Below are positions 8,160-15,588 of a stretch of 32,000 nt of DNA, piece after piece (the stretch's first letter is position 1; each line of letters starts with the position of its first letter). Location: the NCBI RefSeq assembly GCF_018860975.1, contig NZ_JAHKQI010000008.1, positions 132,626 through 164,625 of the forward strand, in the 5' to 3' direction. The notes below the pieces were generated by a model. It saw only the letters and a list, made by a program, of their open reading frames with translations. It was not told where the DNA came from and searched no databases. The stretch is from Lentibacter algarum (GTDB lineage Bacteria > Pseudomonadota > Alphaproteobacteria > Rhodobacterales > Rhodobacteraceae). Both the position numbers and the translations under genes were made by a program.

Positions 8160-8639
8160 ATGGGTTGGGATGGTAAGCAAATAACTGGCCTAAGAGAGCA
8201 AAAGGCGGGGTCAAATAGCGCGCTATATGAACACCTCTTGATGCCAAATGAGTCCGTAAAGTTTGAGTATAAGAGTATTCGCGATGTGCTAATTCTGACA
8301 GAAGTTCGTCTCGTTTCTATTGACTCGCAAGGCCTCACTGGGCGGAAAAAGGAATATATGTCTGTCGGATTCCACCAAATTACGGCATTCTCCATTGAAA
8401 CTGCAGGAACTTTTGATTTGGACGGAGAGTTCAAGGTTTGGTTGTCTGGCATGGGGCTTCTTGAATTTGAATTCGTAAAGGGTGTGGATATCAAGAAACT
8501 TGCAAAATTTATGTCTGGAAAAACACTTCCCGAAATTCCTGCGAGAAAAACTGCGTCTGAAGGCACAGCATCACCTAAAACAGATGAAGATCGCACACCA
8601 AGACTTAACGGTGGCGGCATATTCGGGCGGCAACAGTAA
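8160..8639 (+). CDS. Bacterial PH-domain (YokE-like) protein of unknown function
   Basis: 159 aa. ...ESVKFEYKSIRDVLILTEVRLVSIDSQGLTGRKKEYMSVGFHQITAFSIETAGTFDLDGEFKVW... has the bPH-like beta-sandwich pattern. Codon usage is visibly AT-richer than in both flanking genes. Confidence 0.5.
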   Translation: MGWDGKQITGLREQKAGSNSALYEHLLMPNESVKFEYKSIRDVLILTEVRLVSIDSQGLTGRKKEYMSVGFHQITAFSIETAGTFDLDGEFKVWLSGMGLLEFEFVKGVDIKKLAKFMSGKTLPEIPARKTASEGTASPKTDEDRTPRLNGGGIFGRQQ

Positions 8640-8662
8640 ATGTTCCGATAAGGAGAAACAAC

Positions 8663-10126
8663 ATGACAACCAAAGTTATCAAAGGCGGCACTGTTTGCAC
8701 GGCGGATCGTAGCTATAAGGCGGATGTTCTGATCGAGGGTGAGGTGATCAAGCAGATCGGCCAAGACCTTGTCGGAGATGAGTATATCGACGCCGAGGGC
8801 GCTTACGTGATCCCCGGCGGCATTGATCCGCACACGCACCTTGAAATGCCGTTCATGGGCACCACGGCGGCCGAAACGTTTGAGTCCGGCACATGGGCCG
8901 CGGCGGTTGGTGGCACAACGATGGTGGTTGATTTCTGCCTGCCCGGTGAAGACGGCGACCTCAAGAACGCGATCAACGAATGGCACCGCAAAAGCGCTCC
9001 GCAGATTTGTTCGGATGTCGGCTATCACATGGCGATCACTGGCTGGGATGAAAGCGTGTTTAACGGCATGAAAGACGCCGTTGATATGGGTGTGAACTCG
9101 TTCAAGCATTTCATGGCCTACAAAGGCGCGTTGATGATCGAGGACGACGAAATGTTCGCGAGCTTCAAGCGCTGTGCCGAGCTTGGTGCGCTGCCGATGG
9201 TGCACGCCGAGAACGGTGACTTGGTTGCCGAATTGCAGCAGAAATACTTCGATCAAGGCATCACGGGGCCAGAGGGGCATGCCTACTCGCGCCCTCCCGA
9301 GCTTGAAGGAGAGGCGGCGAACCGTGCGATCACCATTGCCGACACCGCTGGCGTGCCGCTTTATATCGTGCATGTATCCTGCGAACAGACACATGAAGCC
9401 ATCCGCCGCGCCCGCCAGAAGGGCATGCGGGTTTATGGCGAGCCTTTGGTGCAGTTCCTCACGCTGGATGAGAGCGAATATTTCAACAAAGACTGGGACC
9501 ATGCCGCGCGCCGCGTGATGTCGCCTCCGTTCCGCAGCAAAGACCACCAAGACAGCCTTTGGGCTGGGTTGCAGTCGGGCTCTTTGCAAGTTGTGGCGAC
9601 GGACCACGCCGCCTTTAGCACCGCGCAAAAGCGGGCAGGGCGCGATGATTTTCGCATCATCCCCAACGGCTCTAACGGGCTGGAAGAGCGCCTCGCTGTG
9701 CTTTGGACAGAAGGCGTGGAAACAGGCCGCCTGACCAAGGAAGAGTTCGTCGCGACGACCTCGACCAATGTGGCGAAGATCCTCAACATCTACCCCAAAA
9801 AGGGCGCGATTGTTGAGGGCGCTGATGCGGATATCGTGGTCTGGGATCCGAAGATTTCCAAGACCATCAGCCCGAGCAACCACCACTCTGTGCTGGACTA
9901 CAACGTCTTTGAAGGCTTTGAAGTTAAAGCACAATCACGCTACACACTGAGCCGTGGTGAAGTGATCTGGGCCTGGGGCAAGAACAGCCAGCCCAACCCC
10001 GGCCGTGGCCGTTTTGTGCCGCGTCCTGCGTTTGGCTCGGCCAACCAGGCCCTCAGCCAGTGGAAGGCGCTTAACTCGCCCCGCAAGATCGAGCGTGACC
10101 CACAGAACATTCCGGCAGGTATTTGA
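8663..10126 (+). CDS. Dihydropyrimidinase / D-hydantoinase
   Basis: 487 aa. It has the cyclic amidohydrolase motifs ...VIPGGIDPHTHLEMPF..., ...FKHFMAYKG... and ...VHAENGD.... A strong RBS (AAGGAG) precedes the ATG. Confidence 0.9.
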   Translation: MTTKVIKGGTVCTADRSYKADVLIEGEVIKQIGQDLVGDEYIDAEGAYVIPGGIDPHTHLEMPFMGTTAAETFESGTWAAAVGGTTMVVDFCLPGEDGDLKNAINEWHRKSAPQICSDVGYHMAITGWDESVFNGMKDAVDMGVNSFKHFMAYKGALMIEDDEMFASFKRCAELGALPMVHAENGDLVAELQQKYFDQGITGPEGHAYSRPPELEGEAANRAITIADTAGVPLYIVHVSCEQTHEAIRRARQKGMRVYGEPLVQFLTLDESEYFNKDWDHAARRVMSPPFRSKDHQDSLWAGLQSGSLQVVATDHAAFSTAQKRAGRDDFRIIPNGSNGLEERLAVLWTEGVETGRLTKEEFVATTSTNVAKILNIYPKKGAIVEGADADIVVWDPKISKTISPSNHHSVLDYNVFEGFEVKAQSRYTLSRGEVIWAWGKNSQPNPGRGRFVPRPAFGSANQALSQWKALNSPRKIERDPQNIPAGI

Positions 10127-10905
10127 TGAACCAACCAGTGATTTCAGCGCAGAACCTGTCGCTGACATTTGAAACCAACGATGGCCCTGTGCATGCGCTC
10201 AGTGACATTAACCTTGATATCAACAAGGGTGATTTTGTCAGTTTTATTGGCCCGTCGGGCTGCGGTAAAACCACGTTTTTGCGCTGTATCGCTGACTTGG
10301 AAACTCCGACAGGCGGCAACGTAACTGTCAACGGCATGTCCGCCGCCGAGGCCCGCATGAAACGCGCTTATGGCTATGTGTTTCAGGCGGCGGGGCTTTA
10401 CCCTTGGCGCACGATTGGCGGCAACATCCGCTTGCCGCTTGAGATCATGGGCTATGACAAAGCCGAGCAGGCCGAGCGTGTGAAAAACGTGCTGGAATTG
10501 GTCGAGTTGGACGGCTTTGAAAAGAAGTTCCCGTGGCAGCTTTCAGGCGGCATGCAACAGCGCGCGAGCATCGCCCGCGCGTTGGCGTTTGACGCTGACA
10601 TACTGCTGATGGACGAGCCTTTCGGCGCATTGGACGAGATCGTGCGCGATCACCTCAACGAGCAGCTGCTCAAGCTTTGGGCGCGCACGGAAAAGACCAT
10701 CGGATTTGTCACCCACTCCATTCCCGAAGCAGTGTTCCTGTCTACCAAGATTGTGGTCATGTCGCCGCGTCCGGGGCAGATTTATGAGGTGATAGAGAGC
10801 AACCTGCCGCGCGACCGCACGCTTGATATCCGCGACAGTGTCGAGTTCAACGACATCGCGCACCGCGTGCGTGAGGGCCTGAGAGCAGGGCACGCTTATG
10901 ACTAA
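10126..10905 (+). CDS. ABC transporter ATP-binding protein (NitT/TauT family)
   Basis: Walker A GPSGCGKTT, signature LSGGMQQR, Walker B LLMDEPFGALD. The ATG at 10126 overlaps the dihydropyrimidinase stop (TGATG). Confidence 0.9.
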   Translation: MNQPVISAQNLSLTFETNDGPVHALSDINLDINKGDFVSFIGPSGCGKTTFLRCIADLETPTGGNVTVNGMSAAEARMKRAYGYVFQAAGLYPWRTIGGNIRLPLEIMGYDKAEQAERVKNVLELVELDGFEKKFPWQLSGGMQQRASIARALAFDADILLMDEPFGALDEIVRDHLNEQLLKLWARTEKTIGFVTHSIPEAVFLSTKIVVMSPRPGQIYEVIESNLPRDRTLDIRDSVEFNDIAHRVREGLRAGHAYD

Positions 10906-11782
10906 GGCGGGGGCAATCTGGCATCGCACTGCGCCGGTGCTCTGCATCCTGATCTTGTTGCTGGCGGTGTGGTATGCCGCCGCAATCGCGCTCAACGCGG
11001 CTTGGGCCAAGGACAAGGCCGCCCGTGCTGACAAGCAGCTTACATTCTCCGAGTTGGTCTCTGACACAATGGCACAAGAAAAGCCGCTGTTGCCCGCGCC
11101 ACACCAAGTTGCGCAGGAGATATACAAGACAACGGTGCTCAAGAAGATCACGTCAAAGCGCTCGCTAATCTGGCACGGCTGGATCACGCTTTCAGCAACG
11201 CTACTTGGCTTTGCTTTTGGCACAGCACTCGGGATAATGCTTGCAATCGGCATCGTTTACAGCCGCGCGATGGATATGTCGGTGATGCCTTGGGTGATCA
11301 CAAGCCAGACCATCCCGATCCTCGCAGTTGCCCCGATGATCATAGTCGTGCTCAACGCGGTTGGCGTGTCGGGGCTCCTGCCTAAGGCCTTCATTTCAAT
11401 GTATCTTTCCTTCTTTCCGGTCGTCGTTGGCATGGTTAAGGGCCTGCGCGCGCCGGATCATATGCAGCTTGACCAGATGCGCACATGGAACGCCTCTTCG
11501 AGCACATCCTTCTGGAAGCTGCGCCTGCCAAGCTCGATGCCCTATCTCTTTGCCTCACTCAAAATCGGCATTGCGGCCTCGCTCGTAGGGGCTATCGTCG
11601 GTGAGCTGCCGACAGGGGCTGTCGCGGGCCTCGGCGCACGCTTGCTGGCAGGTAGCTACTATGGCCAGACAATCCAGATATGGAGCGCTTTGATTTGTGC
11701 TGCCGTGCTCGCAGCAAGCCTCGTGGCGCTGATCGGGTTTGTCGAAAAAGTCACGCTGAAAAGAATGGGGATGCTGCAATGA
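10898..11782 (+). CDS. ABC transporter permease
   Basis: 294 aa, multi-pass, hydrophobic. It overlaps the upstream ATPase stop and the downstream permease start. Confidence 0.8.
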   Translation: MTKAGAIWHRTAPVLCILILLLAVWYAAAIALNAAWAKDKAARADKQLTFSELVSDTMAQEKPLLPAPHQVAQEIYKTTVLKKITSKRSLIWHGWITLSATLLGFAFGTALGIMLAIGIVYSRAMDMSVMPWVITSQTIPILAVAPMIIVVLNAVGVSGLLPKAFISMYLSFFPVVVGMVKGLRAPDHMQLDQMRTWNASSSTSFWKLRLPSSMPYLFASLKIGIAASLVGAIVGELPTGAVAGLGARLLAGSYYGQTIQIWSALICAAVLAASLVALIGFVEKVTLKRMGMLQ

Positions 11783-12618
11783 GCTGGGTCATCTTCGCTG
11801 TCGTCTTTTGGTTGGTCATGTGGGCGCTCAATGTGCGCCTCGCCAACTCTGCGCCAACACGGCTCAAAAGTATCTTGGTGCCAACGCTGTTTGGCATCAC
11901 GCTGCTTGTGCTCTGGGAGGGGCTGGTGCGTGGTTTCAACATCTCGCCGATCCTTCTGCCGCCGCCAAGCATGATCGCCGCGCGCTTTGCCACGAGCCTG
12001 CCAACGCTTTGGGAAGACTTCTTGCAAACCTTTATCAAAGGTGCCCTTACAGGCTACATCATCGGCTGCTCGGCGGCATTTCTTATGGCAATCGCAGTCG
12101 ACAGATCAGATTTCCTCAAGCGCGGCCTCTTGCCGATCGGCAACTTCGTCGCAGCACTTCCGATCATCGGTATGGCGCCTATCCTGGTGATGTGGTTCGG
12201 GTTTGACTGGCAGTCAAAGGCGGCAGTTGTGGTGATAATGGTGTTCTTCCCAATGCTGGTAAACACCGTCGCGGGGCTGCAAGCACAAGACAACATCCAG
12301 CGTGACCTGATGAACACCTATGGCGCAAGCTATTGGCAAAGCCTGACAAAACTCAGCCTGCCAGCGGCCTTGCCGTTTATCTTTAATGGCCTCAAGATAT
12401 GCACAACGCTGGCCCTGATTGGCGCGATCGTGGCCGAGTTCTTCGGCTCACCGATCCGTGGCATGGGCTTTCGCATCTCGACCGAAGTAGGGCGCCTCGC
12501 GCTCGACATGGTCTGGGCAGAAATAACTGTGGCGGCCCTTGCCGGGTCGGCATTTTATGGGGGGATGGCCCTAATCGAGAAAGCTCTAACTTTCTGGCAC
12601 CCATCACAAAGAACGTAA
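11779..12618 (+). CDS. ABC transporter permease (second subunit)
   Basis: The protein starts MSWVIFAVVFWLV at ATG 11779, overlapping the previous stop (ATGA). It is multi-pass and has a BPD-type permease pattern (...PMLVNTVAGL...). Confidence 0.8.
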   Translation: MSWVIFAVVFWLVMWALNVRLANSAPTRLKSILVPTLFGITLLVLWEGLVRGFNISPILLPPPSMIAARFATSLPTLWEDFLQTFIKGALTGYIIGCSAAFLMAIAVDRSDFLKRGLLPIGNFVAALPIIGMAPILVMWFGFDWQSKAAVVVIMVFFPMLVNTVAGLQAQDNIQRDLMNTYGASYWQSLTKLSLPAALPFIFNGLKICTTLALIGAIVAEFFGSPIRGMGFRISTEVGRLALDMVWAEITVAALAGSAFYGGMALIEKALTFWHPSQRT

Positions 12619-12642
12619 CTGTTACCAACTAGGAGAGAAGAC

Positions 12643-13632
12643 ATGAAGACTATGATCAAAGGCGCAATTGCCGGCGCGATGCTGTTCGGGGCCTCTGCCG
12701 CCCAAGCGGACGACGACGTAACACTACAGCTTAAGTGGGTTACACAAGCACAGTTTGCTGGCTACTACGTGGCGCTCGACAAAGGTTTCTATGAAGAAGA
12801 AGGCCTCAACGTCACCATCAAGCCAGGCGGGCCTGACATCGCGCCAGCACAGGTTATTGCCGGTGGCGGTGCTGATGTTGTGCTTGACTGGATGCCATCA
12901 GCGCTTGCCTCACGCGAGAAGGGCCTCGACCTTGTGAACATTGCCCAACCTTACAAATCATCGGGCATGATGCTGACCTGCCGCAAAGACGCAGGCATCG
13001 CCACACCGGCCGACTTCCCTGACAAAACCCTCGGTGTCTGGTTCTTTGGCAACGAATACCCGTTCCTGAGCTGGATGAGCAAACTTGGCCTCAAAACCGA
13101 CGGCTCAGAGGGCGGCGTGACCGTGCTCAAGCAAGGTTTCAACGTTGATCCACTGCTGCAAAAGCAGGCGGCTTGTGTGTCGACCATGACATACAACGAA
13201 TACTGGCAAGTGATCGACGCAGGCCTCACACCGGAAGACCTCGTTGTGTTCAAATACGAAGACGAGGGTGTTTCAACACTTGAAGACGGCATGTATGTGC
13301 TCGGCTCGAACCTTGAAGACCCTGCCTTCAAAGACAAGATGGTGCGCTTCGTGCGGGCCTCAATGAAGGGCTGGAAGTATGCAGAAAAGAACACCGATGA
13401 AGCTGCGGATATCGTTCTCGAGAACGACGCTTCGGGTGCGCAAACAGAGAAGCACCAGCGCCGCATGATGTCAGAAGTTGCCAAGCTTACAGCCGGTTCA
13501 AACGGCGCGCTCGACGTTGCTGACTACGAGCGCACGGTGCAGTCGCTGCTGACAGCCGGTTCAGATCCGATCATCACAAAAGTGCCCGAAGGCGCCTACA
13601 CCCTCGAGATCTCGGACGAAGCTCTGAAGTAA
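12643..13632 (+). CDS. ABC transporter periplasmic substrate-binding protein (NMT1/THI5-like)
   Basis: 329 aa with signal peptide MKTMIKGAIAGAMLFGASAAQA. ...LQLKWVTQAQFAGYYVALDKGFYEEEGLNV... is typical of NMT1/SsuA-like binding proteins. AGGAGA RBS. Confidence 0.8.
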   Translation: MKTMIKGAIAGAMLFGASAAQADDDVTLQLKWVTQAQFAGYYVALDKGFYEEEGLNVTIKPGGPDIAPAQVIAGGGADVVLDWMPSALASREKGLDLVNIAQPYKSSGMMLTCRKDAGIATPADFPDKTLGVWFFGNEYPFLSWMSKLGLKTDGSEGGVTVLKQGFNVDPLLQKQAACVSTMTYNEYWQVIDAGLTPEDLVVFKYEDEGVSTLEDGMYVLGSNLEDPAFKDKMVRFVRASMKGWKYAEKNTDEAADIVLENDASGAQTEKHQRRMMSEVAKLTAGSNGALDVADYERTVQSLLTAGSDPIITKVPEGAYTLEISDEALK

Positions 13633-13662
13633 GCCCGAAATCTATAATCCAAGAAAACCAAA

Positions 13663-13697
13663 AGGGCCTAGTGAGTGATCACTAGGCCCTTGAATTT
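13663..13697. terminator. Bidirectional rho-independent terminator hairpin
   Basis: AGGGCCTAGTGA-GTGA-TCACTAGGCCCT forms a 12-bp perfect stem, followed by TGAATTTTT on the + strand and preceded by AAAA (a T-run on the - strand). It lies after the SBP gene and directly abuts the orphan tRNA-Asn 3' repeat. Confidence 0.75.
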
Positions 13698-13747
13698 TTG
13701 GCTCCGGCGGTAGGGATCGAACCTACGACAAATTGATTAACAGTCAA
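13698..13747 (-). repeat. Orphan copy of the tRNA-Asn 3' portion (att site, int-proximal)
   Basis: TGGCTCCGGCGGTAGGGATCGAACCTACGACAAATTGATTAACAGTCAA is identical to 28018-28066, and one extra T (13698 / 28017) also matches. It runs from CCA back through the anticodon loop into the 5' strand of the anticodon stem. The sequences diverge immediately after (GCG vs CTG). Confidence 0.95.
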
Positions 13748-13814
13748 GCGACGATATTTACTCACTTGGTGTAAGTTGATGCGGTTCATTAGTAAAAACA
13801 GTGGTTTGCACCTG

Positions 13815-13824
13815 TTTTGCAACG
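13815..13824 (-). repeat. CGTTGCAAAA motif copy (inverted orientation)
   Basis: TTTTGCAACG on the + strand, i.e. the reverse complement of the motif found in tandem at 13874-13894 and 27940-27961. Confidence 0.6.
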
Positions 13825-13873
13825 ACAATCAATCGGTTGACAGTGCGCCGGAATGCGCCTTAGTGATTTTGTG

Positions 13874-13894
13874 CGTTGCAAAACGTTGCAAAAA
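13874..13894 (+). repeat. Tandem CGTTGCAAAA motif (2 copies), candidate arm-type integrase/excisionase binding sites or int operator
   Basis: CGTTGCAAAA-CGTTGCAAAAA ends 14 bp upstream of the integrase ATG (13908). The same tandem occurs at the opposite island end (27940-27961). Confidence 0.6.
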
Positions 13895-13907
13895 CGGAGC
13901 ATTACGG

Positions 13908-15056
13908 ATGACTGCCGCACTTGATTTCACAAAGCCCGCCCGACTGCGAAAAGCCGCACCCGGCATGTATCGCCACGACGGGGATCGTTTCCCCGGCCTC
14001 TATCTCAACGTCGGGAAGACCAAGAACACTTGGTACATCAAACGCCGCGTCGATGGGAAAACGAAGTCGATCAAGGTCGGAGCGTTCCCGGCTATGGATG
14101 CGGTCACCGCGTTTAAACAGGGGGACACCAAGACGAGCGTTGCCAAGAGCAATATCGTAACCGTTCGCGATGGTTGGGAGTTCTGGTGCGATACGTCGCA
14201 GGCGCAAGGCGGTATGTCCGACGATCACCGCAACCGAATGTCCCGACAGCTTGAAATGCACGCGAGGGGGATCATGGACCGCAATGTGGCCGACGTAACC
14301 TCCGCAGACGTTCAGGGTGTCCTCAACGACCTGATGGCTGAGGGAAAGAAGGCAACAGCGAGGGCGGTGCGCATCGGTATCGGCAATGCTTTCAACTTCG
14401 CACCCGTCGTAAATCCAGTTGGGCAGAAAAAGACGCGCGTCGCCAAAAGCGATGAAACAGAGGCGCAATGGACGGCGGCGGCACACGCCCACGATCTCGA
14501 CGCAGACGATTGGTCGGTGATCTGGGAGGCAATAATGGCGCGACGTGAGAAGAACGTCATTGTCGGCACGGCGGTCGCCGTCATGTTCCTTACGGGCATC
14601 CGGTCGGAGAACGTTTGCTCGCTCTCGTGGGATCAAATCGATTTGCAGAACAAGACGATCCACCTGACCAAGATGAAGAACAAACTCGCCCGCACGTTGC
14701 CCGTGATGGATACGGTGATCGACCTGCTCAAGGCGATCCGTGAGACGGACAGTGAATGGGTGTTCCCGGCGTCGTCGGCCACGGGATACATCACGGACCC
14801 CAAAGGCACGTTCGCCACGATCAACGACGAGAGCGTCCGCGTTTTCCTGCCTCATGATGGGCGGCGTCATTTCATGCAGGCGTCTGCCGAGGCGTTCTTG
14901 CCCGACTATGTCGCCCACTTCCTGCGCGGCGATAAGAAGGCGGGCGAGGGTAGCGACATGCTGATGAAATACCTCAAGCGCATGGGTAACCGTCGTGCCG
15001 TCGAGGACATTGAAAAAGTGTATTTCAACCGCATTAAGGTAGAACCTTCTTTCTAA
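13908..15056 (+). CDS. int: Divergent tyrosine recombinase / integrase
   Basis: I chose ATG 13908 (GGAG 9 nt upstream) as the start. The N-terminus ...GLYLNVGKTKNTWYIKRRVDGKTKSIKVG... is a DUF4102-like arm-binding domain. The C-terminus ...FLPHDGRRHFMQASAEA...FLRGDKKAGEGSDMLMKYLK is a degenerate HxxR ... Y catalytic region. The gene is adjacent to the att repeat. Confidence 0.8.
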   Translation: MTAALDFTKPARLRKAAPGMYRHDGDRFPGLYLNVGKTKNTWYIKRRVDGKTKSIKVGAFPAMDAVTAFKQGDTKTSVAKSNIVTVRDGWEFWCDTSQAQGGMSDDHRNRMSRQLEMHARGIMDRNVADVTSADVQGVLNDLMAEGKKATARAVRIGIGNAFNFAPVVNPVGQKKTRVAKSDETEAQWTAAAHAHDLDADDWSVIWEAIMARREKNVIVGTAVAVMFLTGIRSENVCSLSWDQIDLQNKTIHLTKMKNKLARTLPVMDTVIDLLKAIRETDSEWVFPASSATGYITDPKGTFATINDESVRVFLPHDGRRHFMQASAEAFLPDYVAHFLRGDKKAGEGSDMLMKYLKRMGNRRAVEDIEKVYFNRIKVEPSF

Positions 15057-15248
15057 ATTGTTTGTTAACCGCAACTGCACTAAGATGCCCGAGCACCTAC
15101 GCCCGTCGTGAGACGCGCGCCACTCTGGCAGTGCACAGCATACCCAAGTACGCGGCGACGTGATGCGGCTTGGTTCTATGAAGCTCGTTGCGTCGCATAT
15201 CAACAGAGAGCGTCTGTCTTGGTAAAGGACCGACGAAAGGATCTGTTG

Positions 15249-15500
15249 ATGGATTCCTCCGCACTATTGCGCACGCTCGAAAAGCGCATTGAACATCTCG
15301 AGCAAAAAGCCGAACTCCCAAAACTCATGACACCGAAACAGGTGTGCAACTTCGTGGGCATTTCGGAATCGAAATTCTACGAATGGAAACGTGACGGCGA
15401 CGTGCCGCCTTCGATCTATTGGAGCGAGCGCACAGTGCGCTATGACCGCGACGATGTGATTGCTTGGGCAGAGTCGCACAAAGTAGGAGGGGCAGTATGA
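15249..15500 (+). CDS. AlpA / excisionase-family helix-turn-helix protein
   Basis: 83 aa starting at ATG 15249 (AAGGA RBS). ...LMTPKQVCNFVGISESKFYEWKRDGDVPPSIYWSERTVRYDRDDVIAWAES... has the typical AlpA/HTH_17 pattern, and the gene sits between int and the replicase as in P4-like elements and PICIs. Confidence 0.75.
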   Translation: MDSSALLRTLEKRIEHLEQKAELPKLMTPKQVCNFVGISESKFYEWKRDGDVPPSIYWSERTVRYDRDDVIAWAESHKVGGAV

Positions 15501-15588
15501 ACCTGCCCCTCACTGTTCGCGTATCGGGTATGGAAAGCGTTGTGCGCTATAACTGATTTATAGACGGCGACGCGACGACACGCGACCA

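Noticed and set aside
8051-9934. 627-aa ORF on the minus strand, the longest ORF in this part of the window
   Set aside because: It runs antisense across the PH-domain gene and most of the dihydropyrimidinase gene, and both of those have clear family motifs and RBSs. Its translation is Arg/Ala/Gly/His-rich with no recognisable domain. This is the typical stop-codon-poor antisense frame of high-GC coding DNA.
10543-11253. 236-aa minus-strand ORF spanning the ABC ATPase/permease junction. The same applies to 3401-4027, 19639-20232, 20845-21336 and 29123-29761.
   Set aside because: All are antisense to better-supported genes and have biased, motif-free translations.
13902-15203. 433-aa minus-strand ORF overlapping the island integrase
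   Set aside because: It is antisense to an ORF with integrase motifs next to the att site. Its composition is Arg-rich and low-complexity, with no motifs.
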